Origin: Octopus vulgaris
Lineage: Eukaryota
Direction: 5' to 3'
Length of the DNA stretch: 64,000 nt
Assembly (NCBI GenBank): GCA_951406725.2
Contig: OX597823.1
Location: 79,422,001 to 79,486,000 of the forward strand
Part shown: piece after piece, positions 41,291-55,204 of the stretch
How the letters are laid out: each line of letters opens with the position of its first letter
How positions within the stretch are numbered: the first letter of the stretch is position 1
Made by a program: the position numbers and the translations under genes
Notes under the pieces: generated by a model
What the model was told of the DNA's origin: nothing
What the model saw: the letters and a program-made list of their open reading frames with translations, nothing else
Databases searched by the model: none

Positions 41291-43565
41291 TAGCAGCAGG
41301 AAAATCAGCAGTAACAATAACGAAGACGTTAAAATTAAAGCAATAAACAGCAACGTGAAAGAAAAAAACAAAAATAACAATAATATTGATAATGAAAACG
41401 ATAAAAATGAAACCAATACTGGTGCAGCACACATCTACTAATATTACCGATGCAGGTAATGTCCCCATCACCATCTTGACAACCATCGGGCATTAACACA
41501 AATACCATTAATAACATTGCAGCCAGCAGATCAACTGTTAATGGTTTCGCTAATGTGGTTCAAATACAACAATCAATTTTCCTATACTCATAGGATTTCA
41601 AAAATGCCAAACATTCTCTAACGACTTTTAGAAGAACAGTATCCTTAAGCTTACTGCTTTAGGAGGGCAAGCAGAAAAAAAGAAGTATCGTTGTATAGGG
41701 GTATACGACTGAGATCTAGAAACTTGGAGTAAGAGACGAAAAACAAACACACACACACAGGCACGCACACACATGCATGTAGATTTTTATGCCTCTGTGT
41801 GTGTATTTACTTGCGAGTATAATCGTGAACATTTATTATGTAATTTGTATCTTTGTGAGATCGAACCAAGTTCCACATCTTAACCATACAACAATGTCCC
41901 ACTCCTAATGAAAGTAGAATATGATGAATAGTAAAGCGAAATACCTTTTATTCTCAAATCTGCGGTCAAATTCTGACTACTTGATAGCACTTCGCCTATT
42001 TCCGTAAATCCCAGCATCGAAATATTTTCCAAACGTTATTTCTTTAATCCTCGCATGATGTCAATTACACTAATTTCCTACTAATTAAGATTAATCATGC
42101 TGAAATGATAAACGTTTGATGTTTGATATTTGACTATATTTTACTTGTACTTGAAAAAAATTTTTCCAAAACGTTGGAGCTGAAAAAGAATTGGAAAAAT
42201 GATATTGAAAGACAGATTTTGGCAACCAGAAAACTTCTCTCTTTTTAATAAATTTTATTTTATCGCTTGTTATAGTTTATTCTCTGATTATCTTCAGACT
42301 AAATTTTCTGTGATCTCAATATGAAGACAATTATTAAGAACAAAGAATAAATCTGAGGTACTAATTGTTTTGCCTCTCCTCAACATAGCCATGGAAACCA
42401 AATGTTCATATAGAAATAGACTGAAATACGGCAGCTCTAAATATTCAACTCTTTCAACACATTCTGATTATATTTCTATTGTCGCATCATATACAACATC
42501 ATTGGATTATTTTCAATAACGCGGCGTAAAAATGCTCACAGGGATTTGTTGTGGCTCTTTAGATTCTGAATTCAAACTACAGCGAGAGCAACCTTTCCTT
42601 CCTTCCCTCCGGGGTCGATAGAGTAATTTGTCAATCTAACACAGTAGTCGATTTAATCAACTTGACCACTTCCCTTCAAATCGATATACTTGTGCCCAAA
42701 TTACAAAGAATTATCATGAATAACTTTAGATTTTGTTATTTAGCCACATTCTACCATGACTGAGGAATACAATGATCAAAGACGTTTCCTAGATGACCGT
42801 CTCATCAATCAAACTCAAAGTCTACCACCCACAACGTCTATCCGTATTTAAAACAGCAGCGCAGCAGTCACCTAAGCAGAAGTTCCTTCTTTTACTTGTA
42901 AATACAGAAGTTATTTAATTAGATAAAATAAAAACGTTTTACTGTTCGGACAAAAATGCTTTGGGAATTTCTCCCGGCTTTTCACGTTCTGATTTCAAAT
43001 ACTATCTAGGTAGTCTTTACATTTTATACAATCGGGGTCGATAACATATGTACAATTGTAATCAGCTTACCCCTCCCCAAAGATTGCCAGCCTTGTTCCA
43101 AAATTTGAGACCAGTATAATTCATGTAATCGCTTTTGCTATGTAAAGTATTGTTGCTTATTTAATCATAGTTGTTCTTTTTAAACTCTGTATGCCTTAAG
43201 TAGGTGAAGATCATTGTCCCAAACCCTTTTTAAGGATTTCCGAGACAAGTAGTAGCAAAATAATAAGATCTAGTTGACGAGATGCTTGTCTTGAATGCTT
43301 GAAATGCAGTGGACGTCCATAAATGGGACCCAAGGGCTGAATGTTGGAGATGATTTATATCTATAACTTGAAGGTACGACGGGTGTCCTCGACGGGTTGC
43401 CATATAAATTCCACATAAATTAAATTTCGTTCACAAGTCTTTGGCCAAATCGAGGCTGTGCTAGAAGACTCGCCGTCCAAGACGCATAGTTGTGGAATTG
43501 AACCCGAAGTCACATAAGTATGAAGAGTGTTTCTTTAATGCACATACCAGAATTTTAAAAACATA

Positions 43566-44650
43566 CGAAGGTCGAGTGAAACGTTCACTGGGTGACCAAG
43601 ATATTCTCATGGAATATGCCCAAATGATATTTACGAGGTCTGATCAATAAGTATCCAGACTGTTACCAGAGTAAAGCCGCTGGGAACAAATTGACCTTAA
43701 ACTCTGCTGTTTATGCGCACAAAGTTTTAATGATCTAGCTCACATCCTCTGTTTATAGAAGTACTTGGAAAGAACGTGACTAGCGCGTGGTCGTCGCATT
43801 GACCATGACAGAGAAAGTTGTCATGGTGTTACCTGCTCAGAGGCGTACTCAAAGTTGCAGAAAGTGTATGGAGAGGGGTCTATGAGCCGCACACATGAGA
43901 ACGAGTGGTTCAGATGTTTCCAAGATCACCGAAAAATGCTGATAATGACGAACGTTCTGGGAGACCCGCAACCAGCAGAACTGTGAAAAATGTCGCAGAT
44001 GTGCGCGCAGCTGTGAGAGAAATCGTCGAATCCCCATCCGTGAGTTATCAAAGAATATGCAGATTAGTTACGATTCAGTCCAGTCCATTATCACTGAAGA
44101 TTTGGCTATGAGACACATGTCTGCCAAATTTGTACCAAAACTGCTTTCAGTTGACCAAAGGTACACTCGGGTACAGTTGCACAAGATCTTGATTGTCTTG
44201 TGAACGATGAATTTTTTTTTAAATTTTCTAAGCAGGTACCGCCAAGTTTTTGGTAAAATTCGATGCGTATTCTCAGCTTTCTTTGTCATGATCAATACGA
44301 CGACCACACGCTACACACATTCTTTCCAAGCAGTGTTGTAAACAGCGAAAGTGAGCTAGAACATTAAACCTTAGTGCATATGCACAGCAGAGTTCAAAGT
44401 CAAACTCTGCGTGTTTTAGCTTCATTACTATGGCAATAGTCCGGATACTTATTGATCAGGCCACTTATTTTTCAACATAATCGCACTTGCGATCCACACA
44501 TTTCTTTTTATCTGTGGTACAGCGGTTGAACCTCAATTGGCGAAGAAGCCTTCGTTTGTTGGTAAAAAAAAAATCAACAACAGACATGACGTCATCATCA
44601 CTGCGACACAGGTTCCCAGGTAAGTCTTTCTTCATATTGCAGAACAGATG
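43566..44650 (-). mobile_element. mariner remnant (host of a nested insertion)
   Basis: Minus-strand KCVDRKCDYVEK* C-terminus at ~44465-44505; the TIR-proximal segment at 43566-43633 lies on the other side of the insert. Confidence 0.65.
43634..44465 (+). mobile_element. Non-autonomous mariner built from two inverted 5' ends, TA TSD
   Basis: TIR cgaggtctgatcaataagtatcc(a/g)gact at both ends. N-terminal transposase DERSGRP...EDLAMRHMSAKFVPKLL. The right ~200 bp is the reverse complement of the left end including the ATG. Confidence 0.8.
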
Positions 44651-45014
44651 ATAGCGAAATATATATATACATGTGCAATCACATAGATATATTGGTATGC
44701 ATGTGTATACGTGAGCTTGTGTAATAGTTTAACACAGAATTGATAGTACAGAATTCAGAAAATTATTCCCTAGCGCTTAGCTGCTTAGTTTTGAGTAACA
44801 AAATTTCCATAGCTTTAGGAAAATGTTGTTTGTACATAATTGAGAAGTAGGATATATTTTAATTGGCTGTGATTCATATCCTTCGACTGCTGACTGCTGC
44901 ATGCTACCGGGTAAGACTGCTACTGCTTGGCGAGGAAACTAGAGCTAGTGACGGCCACAGCATCCTTGGTATGTTCCCTGCTGGATATACATGCATAGAA
45001 ACGAACTAGCAACT

Positions 45015-45255
45015 GACATTCCGTCGGTTACGACGACGTGGGTTCGAATCGATCCGAACAGCGAAACAGTCTGATCGCGAAAGTGGCTGAGTACTGCACA
45101 AATTCAGCGTCACGTAGAATGTGACAAGGCTGACATCGTTTGAAATACAGATACTACTCATTTTTGCCTGTTTATTGAACTGGAGCGGCCACGAATCGAA
45201 CACCCGACCTACCGAATTTAAGTCGAAAACCATAACAACTAAACCACTTGCTTTC
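45015..45255 (-). mobile_element. Diverged SINE related to family C
   Basis: ccgtcggttacgacgacg tail and gtgacaaggctgac segment. Confidence 0.65.
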
Positions 45256-45653
45256 CCTGCATTTGTTTATCTATCTATTTATATATCAACACACGCACAC
45301 AAACTCACGCACACACATGCACACACACACACACACGATGCTTTTGAATTTGTAAATGTATACATAGTACAAGTCACTTGAAATTAGATTTATGCCAGTC
45401 CAAGTAACTTGATGTAGTTAAAAATATCTATTTATTTTGGTATAATATCATCGAATTTTGTTTATTATATCTTTCGTTCAGTAATATTAAATCATTTTTA
45501 CTATCGAGTTAATATACATCAACTTATTATAAGTAAATATAAGTGTGTATACTTTGCCCTTCTCTATCTTTCTCCATATATATATATATATATATATATG
45601 TACTTATACCTACATATATTTATCTGTATATATGTGTGTGATTGTATATAATC

Positions 45654-45684
<31 letters not shown>

Positions 45685-46214
45685 CATGCTTACATATTCA
45701 TACATATGCATACACACACACAAACACACATACATACTCACAAATACACACACACATACATATTGTTTGCATCATAAAAACTTTTTTTTAATATTCCAGA
45801 GAACGTCAGATCATTTTATTTTTGGAATAGAGGACCTTGACCCGTCGCATAAAGCTGTATCTAACAGTACGTATTACGTTGGCAGACCCCTTTTAATACT
45901 TGATGTTGAAGGTTCCAGCAATCGGACTATCTTGTAGTCATGATAGGCATTCTACCCTTGTGTCAAAGCAATGCTTTGAATTTCTCGATCCATTTGAGAC
46001 ACTTTATTTTTACAAGCGAGATTCTAGAGTTACGAAATAAGTACTAGGGTCCAAGGCAGTGCCCTAACGTTGCCCTACTTCAACGACCGGAACGAGTATG
46101 TGTATGTGTGTGTGCGTGTGTTTGTGTATTTGTGCGTGTATGTGTGTGTGCGTGTGTTTGTGTATGTGTGTGTGTATGTGTGTGTGCGTGTGTTTGTGTA
46201 TGTGTGTGTGTGCA

Positions 46215-46760
46215 GGCGCAAGCGTGGCTGTGTGGTAAGAAGCTTGCTTACGAACCACATGGTTCCGGGTTCAGTCCAACTGCGTGACACTGCGTTGGCA
46301 AGTGTCTTCTGCTATATCCTCGGGCCGGCCAAAGCGTTGTGAGTGGAATGGATAGGCGGAAAACTGAAAGAAGCCTACTCAAGGCTTTGGTTGGCCCGAA
46401 GCTATAAAAGGACACTTGTACATGGTGCCACGCAGTGGAACTGAACGCGGAACCATGTGATTGGGAAATATATTTATAAGCTATTTTATTTAAAATTGCA
46501 AGCGTACGCTAGATAATGTACACGCTTATATCCAGTCACACACACAGACACACATACGACAGGCTTCGTTCAGTTTCCGCCTACTAAATCCACCCACAAC
46601 ACTTTGGTCAACCTGGGGCTATATGTAGGACACATGCCCAAGGTGCCACGCAGTGGGGCTGAACACGGAACCATGTGATTGAGAATGTTTTTAATGCTAT
46701 TTTTATTTAACATTGCAAGAGTACGCTAGACAATTTACACGCTTGTACCCCCACACACAC
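46215..46760. mobile_element. SINE family B 5' half (plus strand) followed by two tandem minus-strand family B fragments with duplicated flank
   Basis: ggtgccacgcagtgg...ggaaccatgtgattg...ttgcaag...gtacgctaga is repeated at ~46424 and ~46642. Confidence 0.75.
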
Positions 46761-47620
46761 ACACATGTATACACACCTACGAAATCAACTTCCGCCAGCA
46801 TGCAATTTTAGAAAAATCAGCAGTGACTAACACATATCGTCTGCATTCCCACTCGGTTCTGAAGAACAGTTCTACTTGACATGAAATAAACAAAATATTT
46901 TAACAGAAAAAGAACAACGGAGACAGCTGAAAATAGTTCTCTTCTGAAAAGGAAAATAATATATTGCGTAATGAAAATTTATTTTATCTAATTCTGATCA
47001 CTGTAGTTTCAGAATGTTTTTTTTATGAGTTTTAGTTTGTATGTCTTCAAATCTGGTTATACAAAATTTAAAAAAAAACTATGACATGTATATAACTTCC
47101 AAACGTATTTGTAGATTTAATCATTAAAATAACATGCATATGACCATCTGCTCGAATACAAATAGTTATCTGTAACGTGTTGTAATCTATTTTCGTTAGA
47201 TAACATTTACCTACGATATTTAAGAAGTCATTCGTGTTTTGCTAGCAGATTTGTGTGTTTCTTTGAGGGTCAAAAATAAAATAAACACAAAAAAAGTTGT
47301 ACTAAATTATAGGTTGGCTGCTGAGCAATATATATATATATATATATATATTCACGCACACACACACACATACACACAAGGGTGATGTTGAAAACTTTTT
47401 GCTGAGAAGTCTTTGGGTGAAAGAAAATTACAGGAGGATCAGTTAATTATGATTTTAGTCAACATATTCCCCTCTCAGTATCACACTTTTTGCAGCAGTC
47501 CTTCAGTTTTCCTAAGACCTGTAAAAGAACTCGGAAAGTTGGGCTTCCAACCAGGCCTTTCACGATATCCACGAATCCAGGAACATTTCAGTACCCCCTC
47601 AGATATATATATATATATAT

Positions 47621-48976
47621 TTTAAAGCCTCACGTGGCTGGGCCAGTAACTTTATGTCAAGGCATGACTTGTCTATTAGGAGGCGAACCCATATTTCACA
47701 AAAGTTACTAGCTGATATTGATGAGAGGTTAATGAACTTTCAAAAGTGTATTATTAAAATGCGACGGGAAAAAGGATTACTTATTGTCATTGATTGGTAA
47801 TGCGGACCAGACCCCATTAACTTTTGATATGCCTGCAGATAGCACAATAGATTTCAGTGGTACATCGTCAATTACAATTAAAAGCACGGGCCATAAAAAA
47901 TTGTTTTACCGTCATGTTAGCTTGTATGGCTGACGGTACCAAACTTAAACCCTATATAATATTCAAACGTAAAACAGCACCCAAAAACGTGGAATTTCCA
48001 ACAGGGATTATTGTTAAATATCAACAAAAAGGCTGGATTGATGATGAGTTATTTAGAGATTGGATTGACACTGTTTGGGAAATCGTCCTGGTGGAGCAAT
48101 TGAACAGCACAACAGCTTGCTTGTACTAGATGCTTTTAGATGCCACAGAAGCGAAGATAAACTCAAGCATTTAAAAAAATCATCACAAAACAGATGTTAC
48201 TATCATTCCAGTGGGTATAACCTCCATATTGCAGCAATTAGATGTCTCTGTTAACAAACCGATTAAAAACAAATTGCGTGATTTATGGACGTGAATGGGT
48301 GTCGACTGGAGAAAATCGTTCACTAAAGGTGAAACAGTTCGCGCTCCCGACCTGACTTTGATATACAAATGGATCGTGAATACATGGAATGAACTCGATC
48401 CCCAGATTATTGTGAAAAGTTTTATCAAATGTTGTATATCTTCTGCACCGGATGGTACTCACAGTGACGTTGTATGGAAAGATGAAATAAATGAAAGTGA
48501 ATCTTCTAATGTTGACTATGAATCTGACGATGACGGAGATTTACACTACAATGATGCTGACATGTTTACGAAAGAACAAATGGAACAGTTATTTGATGCT
48601 GAAAGTGACATTGGATTTGAAGGATTTGAATAAATGTTTTTGCTTTTGCTTTTGTAACTGATAGTGATAAATATAAATATGTAAAGGTATTTACTTAATA
48701 TTTATTTTTCACTGACGTTATTACCGTTATTTCTTTATTTTCTGCAAACAAAATGCACAAAAAAGCTACACGTTTGCATTATCCTATATATAATATAATA
48801 ATAAAGGACGTTACTGTATACATTTTTACACACCAAGGACGTTATATAGACCTCCTTGACTCCAGTTAGAGAAGGGATGCGTATTATACACAAGGTTTAT
48901 ATTTTTCAGAGGTACAGCCCCCTAAAAATCCCCTGTGTATTATATTCAAGGGCGGACTATTCTCGAGGATTTACGG
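47621..48976 (+). mobile_element. 5'-truncated pogo/Tigger-type transposon with a frameshifted DDE_1 transposase and right TIR
   Basis: IGNADQTPLTFDMP, FTVMLACMADGTKLKPYIIFKRK, KGWID, LLVLDAFRCH, LQQLDVSVNKP and an acidic tail. Ends ...cgaggatttacgg|TA. Confidence 0.88.
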
Positions 48977-49695
48977 TATATATATATATATATATGGCGG
49001 TATATATATATAAATGGCGGTGCCCCAGCATGGCCACAGCTCATTAGCTGAAACTGGAAAAATCAAAAAAAAAAATATATATATATATATATATGAGTTA
49101 AATACGCAAATAACGAGAGAAAATGGAAAACAAGACAGGCAATACAAAGAATATAAAGAATGACCCTTCATCAGTTTTCAGCTGTCCTATACTCCCCATT
49201 TCGAGCAATATACGTCTACGTTTCAGTTTATCTTTTTCAACAATAATTTCTGATATATTCACAGGTTGTTTTTTAGTTTCCACGAAAGAGAAATAGTAAT
49301 GGGCTCCTCAACCAGTCACACAATCTAAATTCTAAACTTCTACCGGACAATACATCTTCTCTGTATATATTTTAGTTAAAATATATAGGAATATTGAGTC
49401 AACAGTTACATCCCAGAACAAAATAAAGATAAACAGACAATCATCAACAATATGAAATATCTGACTTATGATATTTAGTCCAGAAGTAAAATTCCAAATT
49501 CCAGCGGAAATTTCTAAACAAATCACATTTGCACATATTATAAGAAATTATCCACTAATTACATTATCTCTGGCCAACAGGCAGTTTTTACAAGCACAGC
49601 ACATTCACGCGCGCGAATAATATGGTAGCAACGATATTCAACAAATACACTCTAAATGTTTTTCGTAAGTTAATTCAATTTTCGTTAAATATTAG

Positions 49696-50594
49696 TTTCA
49701 AATTTTGGCACAAGGACAGTAATTTCGGGTGGGGGGGTTAAGTCAATTACATCGAGCTAGGTGTTTGACTGGTACTTATTCTATCGACTTCTTTCCCCCA
49801 GGAAAAGATGAAAGGCAAATTCGACCTTGGCGGAAGTTGAATTTAGAAGATAAAGGCGGACGAAATATAACTGAGCATTTTGCCCGATGTGGTAACGATT
49901 CTGACAGCTCACCGCATAATTTATTTTGGATACGAGAAGTTATTAATATGCAAATAAACACCAAAGCTCTGGGGCAGCTAGGGTTAGGGTTAGGTGTAAG
50001 TTCGGAGTGAAGAAGGACACTTGCAAAAAGTTGAATGTCTGGACAACTGATTTTTAAAGAATTGTAATATTTAAAGCATTGAGCTTGAATATATTTATTT
50101 AAAAAGACAAAGCAAAACAGAAATGCTAGTGTTCATGGGATATAATATACATCTTCGTAAGGTGGTGAGCAGGCAGGATCGTTGGCACACTGGAGAAAAT
50201 GCTTAGCGACATTTTATCCGTCTTCACGTTCTGAATTCAAATTCCCCCGAAGTTGACTTTACATCTCATCCTTTCGAAGTCGATAAAATAAGTGTCAGTT
50301 CAAACAAGAATCGACTTGTCACCACCAACTAAATTCCTGACCTTGTGCCAAAATTTGAAACTATTATTTGACACTCTCTCTCTTTTACTCTTTTACATAT
50401 TTCAGTCATTTGACTGTGGCCATGCTGGAGCACCGCCTTTAGTCGAGCAAATCGACCCCGGGACATATTCTTTGTAAGCCCAGTACTTATTCTATCGGTC
50501 TCTTTTGCCGAACCGCTAAGTGACGGGGACGTAAACACACCAGCATCGGTTGTCAAGCAATGCTAGGGGGACAAACACAGATATACAAACACAT

Positions 50595-50659
<65 letters not shown>

Positions 50660-51225
50660 TACGACAGGCTTCTTTCAGTTTCCGCCTACCAAATCCACTC
50701 ACAAGGCATTGGTCGGCCCGGGGCTATAGTAGAAGACACTTGCCCAAGATGCCACGCAGTAGGACTGAACCCGGAACTATGTGGCTGGTGAGCAAGCTAC
50801 TTACCACACAGCCACTCCTCTATATTTCCTAATATGCTCCAAAAATATTATGTATTGGACTATTCTTGTTTTGGGATATTTATTACAACAACGTGATCTT
50901 TGAAAAACCAAAAAAAGGAAATTTTATAATGGCTACCCATCATTGGGTGACCATTCTGAAATAGTTACCCATCAGTTGGTAAAATGGGAGAATATAAGAA
51001 AAAATTAGATCTGCTCATTCTCATTTCATTATCCTTTCTATTATAGGCACAAGGCTATAAATTTTAGGGGAAGATAGAGTTAATTACATCGACAGGCATT
51101 TATTTCATCGAACCCGAAAGAATGAAAGGCAAAGTTGACCTCAGCAGAATTCGAACTCAGAATATTAAGACGGATGAAATGGCGCTAAGCATGTTGTTTG
51201 GAGCGGTAACGAGTCCGGCTGCTCA
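49696..51225. mobile_element. SINE cluster: family A (49696-49915 minus, 50160-50365 plus, 51030-51225 minus) and family B (50375-50820 minus)
   Basis: Diagnostic family motifs in each copy. Confidence 0.82.
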
Positions 51226-51738
51226 CAATCTCTCCCATTCCCATTTCATAATAATATATGATCTGGCACCAGGACTTTGGAAAACTCTGAGATATATTAT
51301 CTCCCCATAATAAGACTTGTCCATAAACGGTTTGTGTGTGTACTCAAATCACAGACTGCATTAATAGGTGAACAAAATGAAAGGAATTTTGAAGTTCATA
51401 AACATAAAAGTTACTAGAATGCTTTACGAGAATTACTAGAATGTATTAGAAAAAATGCGTTTGTGTCTCTACAAATACGTCAATGAGAACAAAGGAGGCG
51501 GGAAGAATACTCGATGATGAAAGAAGAAATATAGTTTGAAACTTTATTATAAGCTCTAAGCTTCACATGTCTTTAATAGGATACAATCGTTCGAGGATCG
51601 GAGACGAAGAACTTTGATTTCGTTTTGAATTCCGGAGTTTTTCAAATTTGAATATATGTATCAAATCGATACGTAGAAATCTATCTATCTTTCTCTCTCT
51701 TTCTCTCTCTCTCTCTTTCTCTCTCTCTCTTTCTTACT

Positions 51739-51772
<34 letters not shown>

Positions 51773-51781
51773 CTATCTTAT

Positions 51782-51983
51782 CTCTTTATTGTCCACAAGG
51801 GGCTAAACATAGAGGGGACAGACAAGGACAGACAAACGGATTAAGTCGATTACATCGACCCCAGTGCGTAACTGGTACTTATTTAATCGACTCCGAAAGG
51901 ATGAAAGGCAAAGTCGACCTCGGCGGAATTTGAACTCAGAGCGTTACGGCAGACTAAATACCGCTAAGCATATCGCCCGTCGC
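51782..51983 (-). mobile_element. SINE family A with the aataaaga tail, slightly 5'-truncated
   Basis: Homologous to the 5046 copy. Confidence 0.85.
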
Positions 51984-51986
51984 CAC

Positions 51987-52040
<54 letters not shown>

Positions 52041-52045
<5 letters not shown>

Positions 52046-53362
52046 CAACAATTGAGGGTAAAATTAATTAATTATTAATCAATTTCACCAAGTGTTCAGT
52101 ATGCAAAGGGACCATTTAAGGCGAATTCAAATTATTACATTATATAAAAGGGCTTAGTAAAATAAATTACTTTGCCGCATACTGAACTCATTAGAAATAG
52201 CAGCTAAAAAACTTTTTTAAAACTATTTATAATACTTAAAGAAAACCTCTCTCATATAGTGTTTGCTCAACTCAACTCACGAAAGTTTGGGGGTAAAGAC
52301 ATCAAAAAATCAAATGCAAAGGTTATTTGAGAACGTACGTTTCAAGATTAGTCAACACGACACTTCTATCATCAGCTCAGAAACTCCTTGGTTTGGATTT
52401 GAAAACACTGAAAGTGAGAGCATACCCTTTCGGCTTCTCATCGCTTTCGAAGATCTGCTCGTAACTAACAGTGCCAACAAACTCAAATATGCAAGCGAAG
52501 AATTTCTGTTCTCCCCTTTCCACCAGCGTGGGTTAAAATCAGCAAACACTATGCTTATTTCGGTAAAATCCGAAGCATTAATTAGAGGGAGATTAATTAT
52601 AATTTCAACAATTGAGGGTAAAATTAATTAATTATTAATCAATTTCACCAAGTGTTCAGTATGCAAAGGGACCATTTAAGGCGAATTCAAATTATTACAT
52701 TATATAAAAGGGCTTAGTAAAATAAATTACTTTGCCGCATACTGAACTCATTAGAAATAGCAGCTAAAAAACTTTTTTAAAACTATTTATAATACTTAAA
52801 GAAAACCTCTCTCATATAGTGTTTGCTCAACTCAACTCACGAAAGTTTGGGGGTAAATACATCAAAAAATCAAATGCAAAGGTTATTTGAGAACGTACGT
52901 TTCAAGATTAGTCAACACGACACTTCTATCATCAGCTCAGAAACTCCTTGGTTTGGATTTGAAAACACTGAAAGTGGGAGCATACCCTTTCGGCTTCTCA
53001 TCGCTTTCGAAGATCTGCTCGTAACTAACAGTGCCAACAAACTCAAAGTATGCGGCAAAGTAATTTATTTTACTAAGCCCTTTTATATAATGTAATAATT
53101 TGAATTCGCCTTAAATGGTCCCTTTGCATACTGAACACTTGGTGAAATTGATTAATAATTAATTAATTTTACCCTCAATTAATGCTTCGGATTTTAGAAA
53201 TTGAAATTATAATTGCTCTCACTTACCCCAAACTTTCGTGAGTTGAGTTGAGCAAACACTATATGAGAGAGGTTTCTTTAAGTATTATAAATAGTTTTAA
53301 AAAACTGCTATTTCTAATGAGTTCAGTATGCGGCAAAGTAATTTATTTTACTAAGCCCTTTT
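52041..53362 (-). mobile_element. Penelope/retrozyme-like non-coding element between TA tracts: 560-bp tandem unit (1.8 copies) plus inverted fragments
   Basis: 52041-52487 is repeated at 52601-53047 with 2 substitutions seen. 53047-53180 is the reverse complement of 52050-52183. Hammerheads at 52328-52379 and 52888-52939. Confidence 0.7.
52328..52379 (-). ncRNA. Type-I hammerhead ribozyme motif, canonical core (identical copy at 52888-52939)
   Basis: Minus strand: tgag CTGATGA tagaagtgtcgtgttgactaatctt GAA ACGTACGT T ctca. Confidence 0.72.
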
Positions 53363-53395
<33 letters not shown>

Positions 53396-53438
53396 GTATG
53401 TATGTATATATATGCATATATACAATATATATATATAC

Positions 53439-53568
<130 letters not shown>

Positions 53569-53615
53569 CGTATGTATATATGTATGTATATATATGCATA
53601 TATACAAATATATAT

Positions 53616-53671
<56 letters not shown>

Positions 53672-54515
53672 GAAAAATGCATAAATACACACAATCACTC
53701 ACACATATAACACTTGAGTGTATTTTTATTTTCCATTCATCACCGATATTGATGTCGAAACTACCGTCAACACCACCACCACCACTCTCGGCTGCAGCAC
53801 GTCTACTTCTATACAATTCACTTGTTAATAACTATAATTTTTTTATATATATAGTTGTCTTGGTAATTCTGTCAGTATGGTACGTAATTTACTCCATTCG
53901 TTTACTTTAATAATATTCTTATTGTTACCTTATTGTGTTTCTTTTATCGACTAGGTAATTGTGTGCTACCTTGGAGTTGTCGTCCCCTTCATCGTTCACA
54001 CACAGATTTTATTGCAAAAACGTTTCTGCAAGAGACAGTGATATAATTGATATAAACGATCCTATTAGAGATATTATGAGAAATATAACTGCTCTGTTGA
54101 ATGTTGTAGCTGACTGATATTTATTTTACCAACGCGAGAGTGATGATAGATAATCAACCCAAATTAAGATTTTGAATTACGTGTCAAGGCATACGACTAT
54201 ATACAATATAACGACCATAAATGTGCTTGTTCATTGCCGTTTGATAATAATAAAAATGATGATAATAATAAAAATGATGATAATAATAATACTGATACTT
54301 TTCGCCTGAAATTTATGGGAGAAGAAGTTAATTCTATTTATTTTTGCTACTTTACTTATATTTTACTTTATCGATCCCAGAAGAATGAAAGGAAAATTTG
54401 ATATCGGCCGAATTTTGAACTCTGAACATAAAAGCCCAGAACGAATACTTAAAATAATTTTGTCTGATGAGCTAAGAATTCTACTAAATAGCAACACCGT
54501 CACTAATAATAATAC

Positions 54516-54570
<55 letters not shown>

Positions 54571-54571
<1 letters not shown>

Positions 54572-55108
54572 CCCTGATGCAGTACCAGGCAGTGGCTGTC
54601 ATGGCTTCTGATCTTAACTTATTGGAAGTGTTATCATGTACATTGTTTTGTTTTGGTATAAAAGATGGGCTACAGCAAATATTCTGCTCAATACCACAGA
54701 TTTGCTTGTCAGTTGTTTGATCTTAACCAGTTGACCATGTCCCTTAGTGGCTGACTATATGTGTATCTCTGATCATCAGCAGAAGTAGTAGGGGGAGCAT
54801 CATAGCCATATGTTGAGAGGGATTCTTTGGAATTCCTCTGAAAATATTGGGGTTCCATTCAACATCCTTAAACGAACCTTATTTAGGCACCTTTTGAGTG
54901 GGGTGGGTTAATCAACCTAAAGAAAATTCTAGCTGGGGCCCCACCTACAAGGTCATGCGCTGTTTATATAAAATCACCATGTCGCGCACATATATTTGTG
55001 ATGCATGTGTCTGGTGTACTCTTAGGAGACGGGTAGTTTGATGGGTACATTGGGCTTCGTATATCTTAACCCAGTGTGACTTTGATGGAATGCGCTGCAC
55101 CTTCACTC
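54571..55108 (+). mobile_element. Repeat family T, apparently complete, embedded in (TAA)n
   Basis: Starts gccctgatgcagtaccagg directly after (AAT)n and ends cttcactc before (AAC/AAT)n. Copies at 2704 and 19606. Confidence 0.75.
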
Positions 55109-55138
55109 AATAACAACAACAACAACAACAACAACAAC

Positions 55139-55182
<44 letters not shown>

Positions 55183-55204
55183 TGATGATGACGATGATGA
55201 TGAT

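Noticed and set aside
49978-49995. TTAGGG-like repeats
   Set aside because: Only about 2-3 units, too short to call an interstitial telomere.
52263-53095. Duplicated 122-aa and 90-aa ORFs (MLNSTHESLG...)
   Set aside because: They begin at TTG, show no recognisable domain and lie antisense to the hammerhead strand; the duplication is explained by the 560-bp tandem.
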